Of a stretch of DNA of 64,000 nucleotides, positions 9,540 to 19,591 are shown piece by piece. The DNA lies in the NCBI GenBank assembly GCA_965219085.1, contig OZ244720.1, forward strand, positions 1,120,001 through 1,184,000, in the 5' to 3' direction. Each line of letters starts with the position of its first letter. Positions within the stretch are counted from its first letter, which is position 1. This DNA is from Dehalococcoidia bacterium (lineage in GTDB: Bacteria; Chloroflexota; Dehalococcoidia; UBA2979). Position numbers and translations under genes: made by a program. A model generated the notes under the pieces. The model made no database searches and was not told the origin of the DNA. It saw nothing but the letters and a program-made list of their open reading frames with translations.

Positions 9540-10691
9540 TTACTCGGCCACGAACGAGACCGTCACGTCCGAGTTCACCGTCACCGTGTACTCCCGACCC
9601 GGCTCGAAGCCGCCGCCGAGGGGCACAGTCGTCTCGACGATGGGGAGGTCCGCGGTGCACGCGACGTTCGGGTCGACGTTCTCGTGGTGGGTCACGACGA
9701 CATCGATGCGGTCCGGCTCGCGCCGCTGGATCTCGTAGCCGTTGAACTGCGAGCAGCTACTCCCCTTCGGCATGGCGGAGACGACCTGCAGCTCGTACGC
9801 CGGCGGCGTGCCCTCGAGCCGCACGACCTCGGCGCGCTCGATAGACGGCTCGGCCAGCGCGCTGTGGCGTAAGGCGGCGTCGGGCAGGGTGAAGGCAGCG
9901 GCCACCACGTCGTTCACCGTGACCTCGTACATCAGCCCGCTCACCAGCGACGGCCCGAGCACCATGATCGTGTCCAACTCCACGCGTTCCCTGTCGCAGT
10001 CGATCCCCCACGGCGTGGGCGGCGGCTGCATGAGCGTGACCCACGCCTTGATCTGGGCGCCCCGGATCTCCCACCCCTCGTTGCCGGGCCGGGCGCAGTT
10101 CTCGATCGTCGACTGGTAGTAGGCGATGCGCAGCGGGTGGTCCGGCTCGTTCGCGATGAGCGTCGCCAGCACGATCCGCGCGGGCGTCTCCACCCACTGC
10201 CGCCAGTCCAGGTCCGCGTCGACGAGGCCGGGCGGCGGCTCCACCAGCACGAGGAGCATGTCGACCCGGCTCGGGTGACCGCGCGTGATGACGTCGTATG
10301 CGGTGTCGTTGGTGAACGCGAGACGGCCGTCCGACTCGATGATGCGCGCGGTGATCCCGTAGACGTTGCCGTCGTCGATGTCGTCGCGGTGGTAGCCGAC
10401 CTCGAAACGGATAGCGACCTGGCCGGGGTTCTCGATGGTCTGGCGCGCGATGAGTGGGGCGGCGGCGTCCTGGTAGGACACGTCGCGAAGCTCAACCACG
10501 AGCATCGCCTCCTCGGTCAGCGCAAGGCGCTCGCGGTAGGTGACCGTGCCGCTGACCGACGCGTTGGGGCTGCGGCCCGAGGTCACCTCGAGCTCACCGG
10601 CTGGCTCGGGGTCGCTACTGCAGGCGGCAGCCGCCAGCATGAGCAACAGCGCCACGGCTGCCAGCAGCGCGCCCGTGATCCGTGCAGTCAT
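9540..10691 (-). CDS. Lipoprotein with YbaY-like domain and Cys-containing C-terminal domains
   Basis: Lipobox LAAAAC; VSGTVTYRERLAL...VELRDVSYQDA...YGITARI; GGAGG RBS. Confidence 0.85.
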   Translation of the reverse strand: MTARITGALLAAVALLLMLAAAACSSDPEPAGELEVTSGRSPNASVSGTVTYRERLALTEEAMLVVELRDVSYQDAAAPLIARQTIENPGQVAIRFEVGYHRDDIDDGNVYGITARIIESDGRLAFTNDTAYDVITRGHPSRVDMLLVLVEPPPGLVDADLDWRQWVETPARIVLATLIANEPDHPLRIAYYQSTIENCARPGNEGWEIRGAQIKAWVTLMQPPPTPWGIDCDRERVELDTIMVLGPSLVSGLMYEVTVNDVVAAAFTLPDAALRHSALAEPSIERAEVVRLEGTPPAYELQVVSAMPKGSSCSQFNGYEIQRREPDRIDVVVTHHENVDPNVACTADLPIVETTVPLGGGFEPGREYTVTVNSDVTVSFVAE

Positions 10692-11327
10692 CGGAGCCTC
10701 CCTCCGTACATGTGGTACGCGGGGAGGAGCGCATCCGGGTGCAGGAAGCGGCGCCGAACCTAGCGCTCCTCGGCCCCTGCATACCTCGTGATACATCATC
10801 TCACTTTAGGCGCGGCGCTGCACGTCGGGTGCTGACCGCCGAGGACTTCTCGACGGCTCGGGCGGGCAGGCGCTCGCGCGCATCGAGGCTCGCCGATGCG
10901 TCGAAGCGAACACCTCGCCTACGGCCTTGCAGATCGGGCCGGCCCTCATAGCAAGAAGGTTGACGCGTCGTCGCCACGCCCTCGCCCGTCGATCTCCTCC
11001 CGCCCGCGGAGCCGGACTGCCACGACAACCGCCCGCAGCGCTTGACATCCGGTCGCGCCATATGGGCGTATAGAGTGGTGCTAGCCTGTGGAGATCGCCG
11101 TCATCATGACGCCAGGACAGATTGAACCGGACCGCCGTTACGCGACATGTGCGGGAGAGATCGATGTGCGGTCACTTCACGCCCGCATGGACGACGGACA
11201 CCCTCACCCGCGGTGTGCTGGCGCTCCGGGGGGCGCCCGCCGCCGATCTCCGGACCCGCGCCGCTGCGGCGCCCCCGCCGACATGCCCACCGCCGCGCAG
11301 CGCGGCGTGGCCAACTGAGGGGCAGCA

Positions 11328-14300
11328 GTGCCCCGGTTCCGCGCGGTGGTCGGTGCGCTGCTTGCGCTCGGCGTTCTCGCGTTCGCGGCGCAGCAGGCGC
11401 GTGCGCAGGAGGTCGACAGCACAGCTCCGGCCTTCATGAGCGCACGCACCGACACTAACGGCGAGAACATCATCGTCACGTTCAGCGAGCCTGTCACCAT
11501 CAACCCCGCCGTGACGCAGATCAGCGATCTGCACAACGTCCCCGTGCTGGATCTCATTCGGGGCGTCCTGAGCGTGACGATCGATGGCAGCGAAGACCTC
11601 CTGTCCGGCGCGGCCGTGTCGGGGAGCGAACTCACGATCCGGCTGACCGCTCCCGGAATAGAGGCCGGCCAGGCCGTGAGCGTTGCTTCCGACACGGTGT
11701 TCGCCCGCGACTTCGTACCCCTCTTCGTCGATGCTGACGGGAACGCCGTTCCGCTCTTCTCCTCGCGGAGCGTGCAGAACCTCTCCGTCATCCCTCGGGG
11801 CCCCGGTGTCGCTGCGGGCCCAGTCGTGAGCACGAACTACCTGCGGATAGCCGAGGGGGAGAGCGAGAGGTACACCGTGAGGCTCCCATCGCGGCCATCG
11901 GGCGACGTCACCGTCGAGCTGTTCGTCTGGCGGCTCGGGGCGATCCGAGTGGAGCCGCACCAGATGACGTTCACGAGCAGCAACTGGAACGCGCCCCAGA
12001 TCGCGACGGTCCTCACCGACAGCGACGACGACTCCCAGGATATCTGGACGGTGATCCTCCACACACGCAGCGACGCCAGTCTGGGGAGGGCTGCGGCGAT
12101 CGTGCGCGTGATCGTGGACGACGAGAACGAGCTGCTGCGTGTGTCCGGAAGCAGCACGCCCGAGTACACCGAGAACGCCTCCACAACGGTGGCTACGTAT
12201 GTCGCCCCCTGGACGTCGGGTGTGGCGTGGTCGCTGTCCGGCGCCGACAGCGACCACTTCTCCATCAACAAAGAGGGCGACCTCTCATTCGTCGCGCCTC
12301 CCGACCACGAAGACCCGGCGGACGCCGACGCGGACAACGTGTACCACGTGGGCGTCCACGCATCCGACGGATCCGCGTCGGGCTTTCTCAGGGTGAGCGT
12401 CACCGTCACGGACCTGAACGAGCCGCCCGATGTCTTCGGCCCGGTCGGCGTCGGCGTCGAGGAGGACTCGGGCACATTGGTGGGGGCCTACACCTACGAC
12501 GACCCGGAAGATGGCGCCGCGAGGTGGTCGCTTGCGGGGAGCGACCACCACCACTTCACCGTCACGAACGGTGAGCTGCACTTCAGGGAGGCGCCCGACT
12601 TCGAGAGCCCGGCCGATGCGAACGGGAACAACCGCTACGAGGTCACTGTCCTCGCCGAGGATGGAGGCGACCTCCCCGGGAAGCGCCGCGTGACCGTCTC
12701 CGTGATCGACGTCAACGAGGAGCCCTCGATCGACGGACCGGCGAACGTTGCCTACGCGGAGAACCGTACCGGGGCCGTCGCCGCCTTCACCGCCACCGAC
12801 CCGGAGCAGCACACGATCCTCTGGTCACTCTCGGGCGCCGGCGCGGACGACTTCACGATCACCGGCGGCGTGCTGCGCTTCGTCGAGGCACCAGACTACG
12901 AGAGCCGAGCCGACGCCGGCGGGAACGGTGCCCACGGGGTGACGGTGCAGGCCTCCGACGGCGCGCTGACCGCCACGCAGGCGGTGACCGTCACCCTCAC
13001 GGACGAGGACGAGGCGGGAGCACTCGTCCTCTCCTCCGGGCAGCCGCAGGTCGGCGCCCTCCTCGCGGCGACCCACACCGACGCGGACGGGATCGTCAAC
13101 GAATCGTGGTCATGGGCGCGCTCGACCAACCGGAGCGACTGGAGCGCAATCGCAGGAGCGACGACCGACCGGTACACGCCCACGGGCGCCGACCTGAGGC
13201 ACTACGTGCGGGTCACGGTGCAGTACGACGACGGCCACGGCCCGGGCAAGAGCCGCGGCAGCGTATCGGACCGTCGGGTGAGGGCGCGGCCCGCGGCGAA
13301 CCGAGCCCCGGAGTTTCCCTCCCCCACAGCAGCCCGTTCTCTCCCCGAAAACGCCGGCCCCGGCACGTCGGTCGGCGCACGGGTGGCGGCCACCGACGCC
13401 GACGGCGACCTGCTCCGATACTCCCTCTCGGGTCCGGGTGCGGAGACGTTCGTCATCGACGGAGCCAGGGGAACGATCCAGGTGGCTCCGGGGAGGCTCC
13501 TCAACCACGAGGCGCAGAACTCCTACTCCGTCACGGTGACCGCCACTGACCCGTCGAACTCCCGCGCCGCGGCGACCGTGACGATCGCCATCGAGGACGT
13601 CAGCGAGGCGCCGACGGCCGTGGGGGACACGGCGTCGACGAACGAGGGCGAGGCGGCATCGATAGACGTGCTTCACAACGACGCCGACCCCGAGGGCGAC
13701 CTCCTGACGGTGTCGCTTGAGTCCGCGCCTGAAGGCGGCGCCGCGACGGTGGAGGCCAACGGCGCCATCACCTACACGCCCCGGCCCGACCACCACGGCC
13801 CCGACGCCTTCACGTACAGCATCTCCGATGGCGAATACTCCGCCACGGCCACGGTCGTCGTGAACGTGCGAGCCGTGAACCACGCGCCCGCGTTCCCCAC
13901 CGCATCGACCGTCCGATTCGTCGACAGCCGCTCGGCCGCCCGCACCAACGTCGGCCCGCCGGCCGCCGCGATCGATCAGGATGGCGACCAGGTGACGTAC
14001 CGGCTCTCCGAGCGCGCGGCCCGGACGTTCGACATCGACGAGCACACGGGCCAGATCCGACTGAGAGCGGGCACGGTGCTCGATCCCGCCGAGCGAGACT
14101 CCTACGGCGCCACGGTGACCGCGACCGACCCCTCGGGTGCGACCGCGAGCATCAACGTGACGATCACGGTCACCGAGCCATCCCGCTCCCGGTCGGACGG
14201 GCCGTCCCGGCCTCCCAGCGGCGTCGACTTCGAGTGGACCGTCGAGCACGATCTCGACGAGCTCGACGCCCACAACGAGTGGCCCACGGGACTGTGGTCC

Positions 14301-15524
14301 GACGGCACGACCTTCTGGATCACTGAGGCCGGCCCGGACTCCGACGGCGGCGTCTATGCCTACGACCTCGCGAGCGGCGAACGCAGGGAGCGGGCAGAAT
14401 TCGATCTCGATGAGCGGAACCGGGCCCCGCGCGGCCTCTGGTCCAACCGCGAGACGGCCTGGATCTCCAACCACGACCGGAACCGGCTCTACACCTACGA
14501 CCTCGCGAGCGGGGAGCGCGCCGAGCACCGCGACATTGTCCTCGACGCGCGGAACGGCGACGCGCACGGTCTCTGGTCCGACGACGAGACCGTGTGGGTC
14601 GTGGAGGGCGAGAAGGCGGCCCTCTTCGCCTACGATCTCGGGAGCGGCGATTTCCTGGCCGAGTACAGACTCGATTTCGCAAACGACGACCCGCGCGGAG
14701 TCTGGTCCGACGGCGTGACGGTCTGGGTCTCCGACGATGGAGCCAAACGCCTCTTCGCCTACCGCCTGCCCGTGCCGCGGCAGGCCGGGTCGATCAGGCT
14801 CGAGCTCGTCGCAGAGGAGGACTTCGGGGAGCTCTTCCTCTCAGAGGCAAGCAACAACAGCCCGCGCGGCATCTGGTCCGACGGCGGCGTGATGTACGTC
14901 GCGGACGAGCACGACGGCCGCGTCTACAGCTACAACATGCCCGATGCGATCGACGCACGCCTCGCCTCGCTCACGCTCAGCGGCATCGACATCGGCGAGT
15001 TCTCACCCATCAGGAGGGAGTACGCGGCCGTCGCTCCCACCGGGGTCACGGAGACGACGATCGATGCCCGCGTTGAGCAACCCGGGACGAGCGTGGCCAT
15101 CGCGCCCGACGACTCAGACGCCCGCACCAGCGGGTACCAGGTGGCGATCGCGGACGGCGTGGAGGTCACGGTCACCGTGACCTCATCCGACGGGAGCCGG
15201 AAGGGCGTCTACCACGTGCGGATCGCCCCCGGGCCAGCGGCGCCCTGCCTGCGGGGCGCCGTCGCCGTCGGCTTCAGCCTCCTCACCTACGCAGGGGGGA
15301 GCGTCGAGGAGCTGATGTCGTGCGCGGAGGACCGACACGTCACGGCCCTCTATGCCACACGGGACGGCGCCCTCGTTTCCTACATTCTCGGGGCGCCGGA
15401 CCTCGTGAACCGCACCTTCCGCGAGTTCTACGCGGACGGCGTCCCCATCAACACTCCCCTGCTCGCTAAGAGTGACGGCCCGGCCTCGCCCGACACCAAC
15501 GGCGAGGGCGACACTCAACCCTGA
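11328..15524 (+). CDS. Exported cadherin-repeat/Big_9 protein with WSDG beta-propeller, cadherin-like domain and shared C-terminal domain
   Basis: Signal peptide ending AQQARA; PDFESPADANGNNRYEVTV cadherin motifs; repeated PRGxWSDG. Confidence 0.92.
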   Translation: MPRFRAVVGALLALGVLAFAAQQARAQEVDSTAPAFMSARTDTNGENIIVTFSEPVTINPAVTQISDLHNVPVLDLIRGVLSVTIDGSEDLLSGAAVSGSELTIRLTAPGIEAGQAVSVASDTVFARDFVPLFVDADGNAVPLFSSRSVQNLSVIPRGPGVAAGPVVSTNYLRIAEGESERYTVRLPSRPSGDVTVELFVWRLGAIRVEPHQMTFTSSNWNAPQIATVLTDSDDDSQDIWTVILHTRSDASLGRAAAIVRVIVDDENELLRVSGSSTPEYTENASTTVATYVAPWTSGVAWSLSGADSDHFSINKEGDLSFVAPPDHEDPADADADNVYHVGVHASDGSASGFLRVSVTVTDLNEPPDVFGPVGVGVEEDSGTLVGAYTYDDPEDGAARWSLAGSDHHHFTVTNGELHFREAPDFESPADANGNNRYEVTVLAEDGGDLPGKRRVTVSVIDVNEEPSIDGPANVAYAENRTGAVAAFTATDPEQHTILWSLSGAGADDFTITGGVLRFVEAPDYESRADAGGNGAHGVTVQASDGALTATQAVTVTLTDEDEAGALVLSSGQPQVGALLAATHTDADGIVNESWSWARSTNRSDWSAIAGATTDRYTPTGADLRHYVRVTVQYDDGHGPGKSRGSVSDRRVRARPAANRAPEFPSPTAARSLPENAGPGTSVGARVAATDADGDLLRYSLSGPGAETFVIDGARGTIQVAPGRLLNHEAQNSYSVTVTATDPSNSRAAATVTIAIEDVSEAPTAVGDTASTNEGEAASIDVLHNDADPEGDLLTVSLESAPEGGAATVEANGAITYTPRPDHHGPDAFTYSISDGEYSATATVVVNVRAVNHAPAFPTASTVRFVDSRSAARTNVGPPAAAIDQDGDQVTYRLSERAARTFDIDEHTGQIRLRAGTVLDPAERDSYGATVTATDPSGATASINVTITVTEPSRSRSDGPSRPPSGVDFEWTVEHDLDELDAHNEWPTGLWSDGTTFWITEAGPDSDGGVYAYDLASGERRERAEFDLDERNRAPRGLWSNRETAWISNHDRNRLYTYDLASGERAEHRDIVLDARNGDAHGLWSDDETVWVVEGEKAALFAYDLGSGDFLAEYRLDFANDDPRGVWSDGVTVWVSDDGAKRLFAYRLPVPRQAGSIRLELVAEEDFGELFLSEASNNSPRGIWSDGGVMYVADEHDGRVYSYNMPDAIDARLASLTLSGIDIGEFSPIRREYAAVAPTGVTETTIDARVEQPGTSVAIAPDDSDARTSGYQVAIADGVEVTVTVTSSDGSRKGVYHVRIAPGPAAPCLRGAVAVGFSLLTYAGGSVEELMSCAEDRHVTALYATRDGALVSYILGAPDLVNRTFREFYADGVPINTPLLAKSDGPASPDTNGEGDTQP

Positions 15525-15674
15525 ACGGCATGTCGGCGCGGAGCCCCGGCCACGGACTTCCGCACCGAGTCCTACCGGCTGCGTCTCACCACCGCCACGA
15601 AGAGGGTCCGCTGAGGACTCCTCGTCGGCTCGGGCACGCCGGCGCGATGGTTGAGGGCCCGTTGCGTCGATGGC

Positions 15675-16457
15675 TCAGCGGCCGCGGCGGCGCTGGCGCT
15701 GGCCGTACGAGCGGATCGCGCGCAGGAAGTCGATGCGGCGGAACGCCGGCCAGTACGCATCGCAGAAGTAGTACTCGCTGAACGCGCTCTGCCACAGCAT
15801 GAACCCCGACAGCCGCAGCTCCCCCGACGTCCGGATCACGAGGTCCGGATCCGGGATGTCCGGCGCGTACAGGTAGCGTCCGAGCTCGTCAGCGTCGAGG
15901 GCGCGCGCGATGTCCGCGAGCGAGTCGCCGCGCTCGGCGCGGTCGTCCATCATCCGCCGCACCGCGTCGACGATCTCGTCGCGGCCGCCGTAGCCGACGG
16001 CGACGACCAGGTCGCCGTCGCCGTTCCCGGCCGTCGAGCGCTCGACGCGCTCGATCGCCTCGACGGTCGAAGTCGGCAGCAGGTCGCGGCGGCCGACGGC
16101 GCGGATGCGCCGCGGCAGCGCGGCGTGGCGCTGCTGCTCGGCGAGCGCCTCGACGCGCGTCTCGACAATCTCGTAGATGGCGTCGAGCTCGGCGGCGGGG
16201 CGCTGGAAGTTATCGGTCGACAGCACCCAGATCGTGACGACGGGGATGCCGAGTTCGTCGCACCAGGTGATGAGGCGTTCGATGTTGTCCGCGCCGTCGC
16301 GGTGGCCCGCGCCGACGTTCGCGAGGCCCGCGGTGCGCGCGAAGCGGCGGTTGCCGTCCGGGAGCACGCCGACGTGGTGGGGGATCGCGCCGCGGCGCAC
16401 CTCCGCCTCCAGCCGCCCCTCGTAGAAGCGGTAGACGAGCCGGCGCAGCAAGTCCAC
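15675..16457 (-). CDS. uppS: cis-isoprenyl diphosphate synthase (UppS family)
   Basis: HVGVLPDGNRR, LSTDNFQR, YGGRDEI, DPDLVIRTSGELRLSGFMLWQ. Confidence 0.93.
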   Translation of the reverse strand: MDLLRRLVYRFYEGRLEAEVRRGAIPHHVGVLPDGNRRFARTAGLANVGAGHRDGADNIERLITWCDELGIPVVTIWVLSTDNFQRPAAELDAIYEIVETRVEALAEQQRHAALPRRIRAVGRRDLLPTSTVEAIERVERSTAGNGDGDLVVAVGYGGRDEIVDAVRRMMDDRAERGDSLADIARALDADELGRYLYAPDIPDPDLVIRTSGELRLSGFMLWQSAFSEYYFCDAYWPAFRRIDFLRAIRSYGQRQRRRGR

Positions 16458-16487
16458 GCGAGGGCCGTGCGAGGCGCTCCCGCGCGC

Positions 16488-17396
16488 CTACGCGCGCTCC
16501 GCCCGCACGATGAAGCGATCGCGGTACGACTTCGTCGCGACGTCGAACTCGCCGCCGCAGGTGATGAGCGTGATGCTGTCGACCGGCACGTCGCCGCTGA
16601 GGACCGGGAGCCACTCGGCATCGGGGCCGTCCGCCTCGATCTGGCGGGTCCACGTGACCGTGTACTGCAGGACGTTGCCGCCGACCTCCACCTCGATCAC
16701 GTCGCCGGGGGAGAGCAGGCGCAGGCTGAAGAAGACGCCCTGGCCGCGGTAGTTCGCCTCGGCCCACGGGATCGTGTGGTTGTAATCGACGTGGCCGGAG
16801 AACACGGCGTTCTTGCCGCCGCCCGGCACGCCGCCGAGGCCGTCCCACTCCGAGAAGTCGTACCACACGACGTCGCCGGGGCCCGTCGGGTTGGGCATCT
16901 TCGCGCCCACGTAGCGCTGCCCCACCGGCGCGTCGACGCCGAGCACCGGGATGCGCAGCCGCCCGAGCGTCGCGTCCGGCGCCTCGCCGAACAGCCGATG
17001 CAACTCGTCCAGGCTGAACACCGTCGGCGCCCCCGCGGGTTGCGCGGGCGCGGCGACGGCATCGTCGCCGTCGTCGGGCTCGGGCGTCGGCGTGGGGGTG
17101 GGCGTCGGCGTGGCGGTCGGCGTGGGCGTCGCCGCCGGGGGTGGCGTCGCCACGGGCGGCGACGGTGTCGCGGTCGCCGAGGCGGCGACGGCGGGCGGCT
17201 GCGCCTCGGCGGCCGGCGCCACGGACGTGATCACCACGTCCGGGGGGTCGTCGTCGCCGCCTGTGAGGACGAACGTCGCCGCGATCAGGATGCCGGCCAG
17301 CACGCCGGCGACAACGCCGATCGCGGCCCAGCGCGCGAGCGGCGACCTGCTGGATGAGAACAGCGTGTCGAGGAAGCGCGGGCGTTTCGAGGTCAT
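16488..17396 (-). CDS. Class F sortase with N-terminal TM and Pro/Thr linker
   Basis: RLRIPVLGVDAPV, NAVFSGHVD (His), ITLITCGG (Cys), DRFIVRA (Arg). Confidence 0.92.
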   Translation of the reverse strand: MTSKRPRFLDTLFSSSRSPLARWAAIGVVAGVLAGILIAATFVLTGGDDDPPDVVITSVAPAAEAQPPAVAASATATPSPPVATPPPAATPTPTATPTPTPTPTPEPDDGDDAVAAPAQPAGAPTVFSLDELHRLFGEAPDATLGRLRIPVLGVDAPVGQRYVGAKMPNPTGPGDVVWYDFSEWDGLGGVPGGGKNAVFSGHVDYNHTIPWAEANYRGQGVFFSLRLLSPGDVIEVEVGGNVLQYTVTWTRQIEADGPDAEWLPVLSGDVPVDSITLITCGGEFDVATKSYRDRFIVRAERA

Positions 17397-17608
17397 GCGG
17401 GGAGTCCTTCGGTCTCGACCCGGCTGCGCGCGGTCACGCCGCCGGTTCGACTCCCACCACTCGTGACATATCGTTCACGATGCGGCGCGTGCTTGCAACA
17501 CCCATCGTCGCGCCGAACGTACGCTTATCACGATTGTTTGGCTGTAATCCAACCATTGACCCGCTACACTGGCAGCGCACCCGCCCCCACCGACCGAGGG
17601 GAGCAGCG

Positions 17609-17890
17609 ATGGCCTTCGACACCGAGCGCGCAGCCCGCCGGCTCACGGACGCCGGCTTGGACGAACGTGCCGCGAACGGCGTGGCGGACGTTGTGGGCTC
17701 CGCTACCGACGGACTCGCCACCGAGGCGAGCCTCGAGTCCGGCTTGCACGCGCTCGAGACGAGCTTGCTGGAAGTCAAGTCCAGCATCGCGGCGCTCGAG
17801 GCGCGCATCTACCGCGCGCTGTGGCTGCAGGGCATGGGCATCCTCGCCGGCACCGCCGCGATCGTCACCATCATCAACGTGCTCAACTGA
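17609..17890 (+). CDS. DUF1640/CCDC90-like coiled-coil membrane protein, array A copy 1
   Basis: MAFDT head, LATE neck, coiled coil, C-terminal TM. Confidence 0.85.
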   Translation: MAFDTERAARRLTDAGLDERAANGVADVVGSATDGLATEASLESGLHALETSLLEVKSSIAALEARIYRALWLQGMGILAGTAAIVTIINVLN

Positions 17891-17923
17891 CGCACCCGCC
17901 CCCACCGACCGAGGGGAGCAGCG

Positions 17924-18238
17924 ATGGCCTTCGACACCGAGCGCGCAGCCCGCCGGCTCGCTGACGCCGGCTTGGACGAACGCGCCGCCAACGGCGTCGC
18001 CGACGTGGTGGCCAGCGCCACCGACGGACTCGCCACCGAGGCGAGCCTCGAGTCCGGCTTGCACGCGCTCGAGACGAGCTTGCTGGAAGTCAAGTCCAGC
18101 ATCGCGGCGCTCGAGGGCCGCATCGACGCCAGCATCGCGAAGCTTGAGGCGCGCTTCGCTCGCGCGCTGTGGCTGCAGGGCATGGGCATCCTCGCCGGCA
18201 CCGCCGCGATCGTCACCATCATCAACGTCCTCGACTGA
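17924..18238 (+). CDS. DUF1640/CCDC90-like protein, array A copy 2
   Basis: Near-identical to copy 1 plus one extra 11-aa unit. Confidence 0.85.
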   Translation: MAFDTERAARRLADAGLDERAANGVADVVASATDGLATEASLESGLHALETSLLEVKSSIAALEGRIDASIAKLEARFARALWLQGMGILAGTAAIVTIINVLD

Positions 18239-18270
18239 CGCACCCGCCCCCACGAGCGAGGGGAGCAGCG

Positions 18271-18552
18271 ATGGCCTTCGACACCGAGCGCGCAGCCCGC
18301 CGGCTCGCTGACGCCGGCTTGGACGAACGCGCCGCCAACGGCGTGGCGGACGTTGTGGGCTCCGCTACCGACGGACTCGCCACCGAGGCGAGCCTCGAGT
18401 CCGGCTTGCACGCGCTCGAGACGAGCTTGCTGGAAGTCAAGTCCAGCATCGCGGCGCTCGAGGCGCGCATCTACCGCGCGCTGTGGCTGCAGGGCATGGG
18501 CATCCTCGCCGGCACCGCCGCGATCGTCACCATCATCAACGTCCTCGACTGA
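18271..18552 (+). CDS. DUF1640/CCDC90-like protein, array A copy 3
   Basis: Near-identical to copy 1, same GAGGGGAGCAGCG leader. Confidence 0.85.
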   Translation: MAFDTERAARRLADAGLDERAANGVADVVGSATDGLATEASLESGLHALETSLLEVKSSIAALEARIYRALWLQGMGILAGTAAIVTIINVLD

Positions 18553-18584
18553 CGCACCCGCCCCCACGAGCGAGGGGAGCAGCG

Positions 18585-19070
18585 ATGGCCTTCGACACCG
18601 AGCGCGCAGCCCGCCGGCTCACGGACGCCGGCATGGACGAACGCGCCGCCAACGGCGTCGCCGACGTGGTGGCCAGCGCTACCGACGGACTCGCGACCGA
18701 GGCGAGCCTCCAATCCGGCCTGCACGCGCTCGAGACGAGCTTGCTGGAAGTCAGGGCCAGCATCGCCGCGCTCGAAGGCCGCATCGACGCCAGCATCGCG
18801 AAGCTTGAGGGCCGTATCGACGCCAGCATCGCCGCGCTCGAGGGCCGCATCGACGCCAGCATCGCCACGCTCGAGGGCCGTATCGACGCCAGCATCGCCG
18901 CGCTTGAGGGCCGCATCGACGCCAGCATCGCCACGCTCGAGGGCCGTATCGAGGCCAACATCGCGAAGCTAGAGGCGCGCATGATCAAGTGGACCGTCGG
19001 CGCAATCCTCGCCGGAATGAGCGCATCGGCCGCCATCGCCGCGGCCATCGTCCAGCTCATCGGCGGGTGA
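18585..19070 (+). CDS. DUF1640/CCDC90-like protein, array A copy 4 (long stalk)
   Basis: About six 33-bp (ASIAxLEGRID) repeats; different TM tail MIKWTVGAILAG. Confidence 0.85.
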   Translation: MAFDTERAARRLTDAGMDERAANGVADVVASATDGLATEASLQSGLHALETSLLEVRASIAALEGRIDASIAKLEGRIDASIAALEGRIDASIATLEGRIDASIAALEGRIDASIATLEGRIEANIAKLEARMIKWTVGAILAGMSASAAIAAAIVQLIGG

Positions 19071-19075
19071 GCACG

Positions 19076-19363
19076 ATGGCCTTCGACACCGAGCGCGCAG
19101 CCCGCCGGCTCACGGACGCCGGCATGGACGAACGCGCCGCCAACGGCGTCGCCGACGTGGTGCGCAGCGCCACCGACGGACTCGCGACCGAGGCGAGCCT
19201 ACTGGAACTCACGGCCAGCATCGCCGCGCTCGAGGGCCGTATCGAGGCCAACATCGCGAAGCTTGAGGCGCGCATGATCAAGTGGACCGTCGGCGCGATC
19301 CTCGCCGGCATGGGCGCGTCGGCCGCCATCGCCGCGGCCATCGCGCAGCTCGCCGGCGGGTGA
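19076..19363 (+). CDS. DUF1640/CCDC90-like protein, array A copy 5
   Basis: Same head, short stalk, MIKWTVG tail. Confidence 0.85.
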   Translation: MAFDTERAARRLTDAGMDERAANGVADVVRSATDGLATEASLLELTASIAALEGRIEANIAKLEARMIKWTVGAILAGMGASAAIAAAIAQLAGG

Positions 19364-19428
19364 CCGCGGACGCCGCCATGCGGGTCGGGATCGATGCAGC
19401 CTCCTCCCACCACGTCACACGGCACCCC

Positions 19429-19501
19429 GCGGGGTATCCCCGCGTGCAGCCAAACACGGGGTATCCCCGCGTGAAAGCCACACACGGGGTATCCCCGCGT
19501 G
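19429..19501. repeat. Three tandem copies of the CGGGG-TAT-CCCCG palindrome (27-28 bp period)
   Basis: Read directly at 19429, 19455 and 19483. Confidence 0.85.
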
Positions 19502-19514
19502 AAAGCCACACAAG

Positions 19515-19576
19515 GAGAGGGCCCCCACATGGGGGGCCCTCCCGCGATCAGCGTCCGAGGGGGCGCTAACGCCCCC
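19515..19576. terminator. Two GC-rich hairpins between convergent genes
   Basis: GAGGGCCCCC-ACAT-GGGGGGCCCTC and GGGGGCG-CTAA-CGCCCCC. Confidence 0.55.
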
Positions 19577-19591
19577 GCGTGGCGCCGAAGG

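Noticed and set aside
10800-11327. Small genes or a canonical promoter in the divergent intergenic region
   Set aside because: Short ORFs lack recognisable motifs; TTGACA at 11042 has no good -10 at 16-18 bp spacing.
19429-19501. CRISPR mini-array (motif resembles half of a type I-E repeat), also at 26742-26810
   Set aside because: Period is only 27-28 bp, the intervening ~10 bp are near-identical rather than unique spacers, and no cas genes are present.
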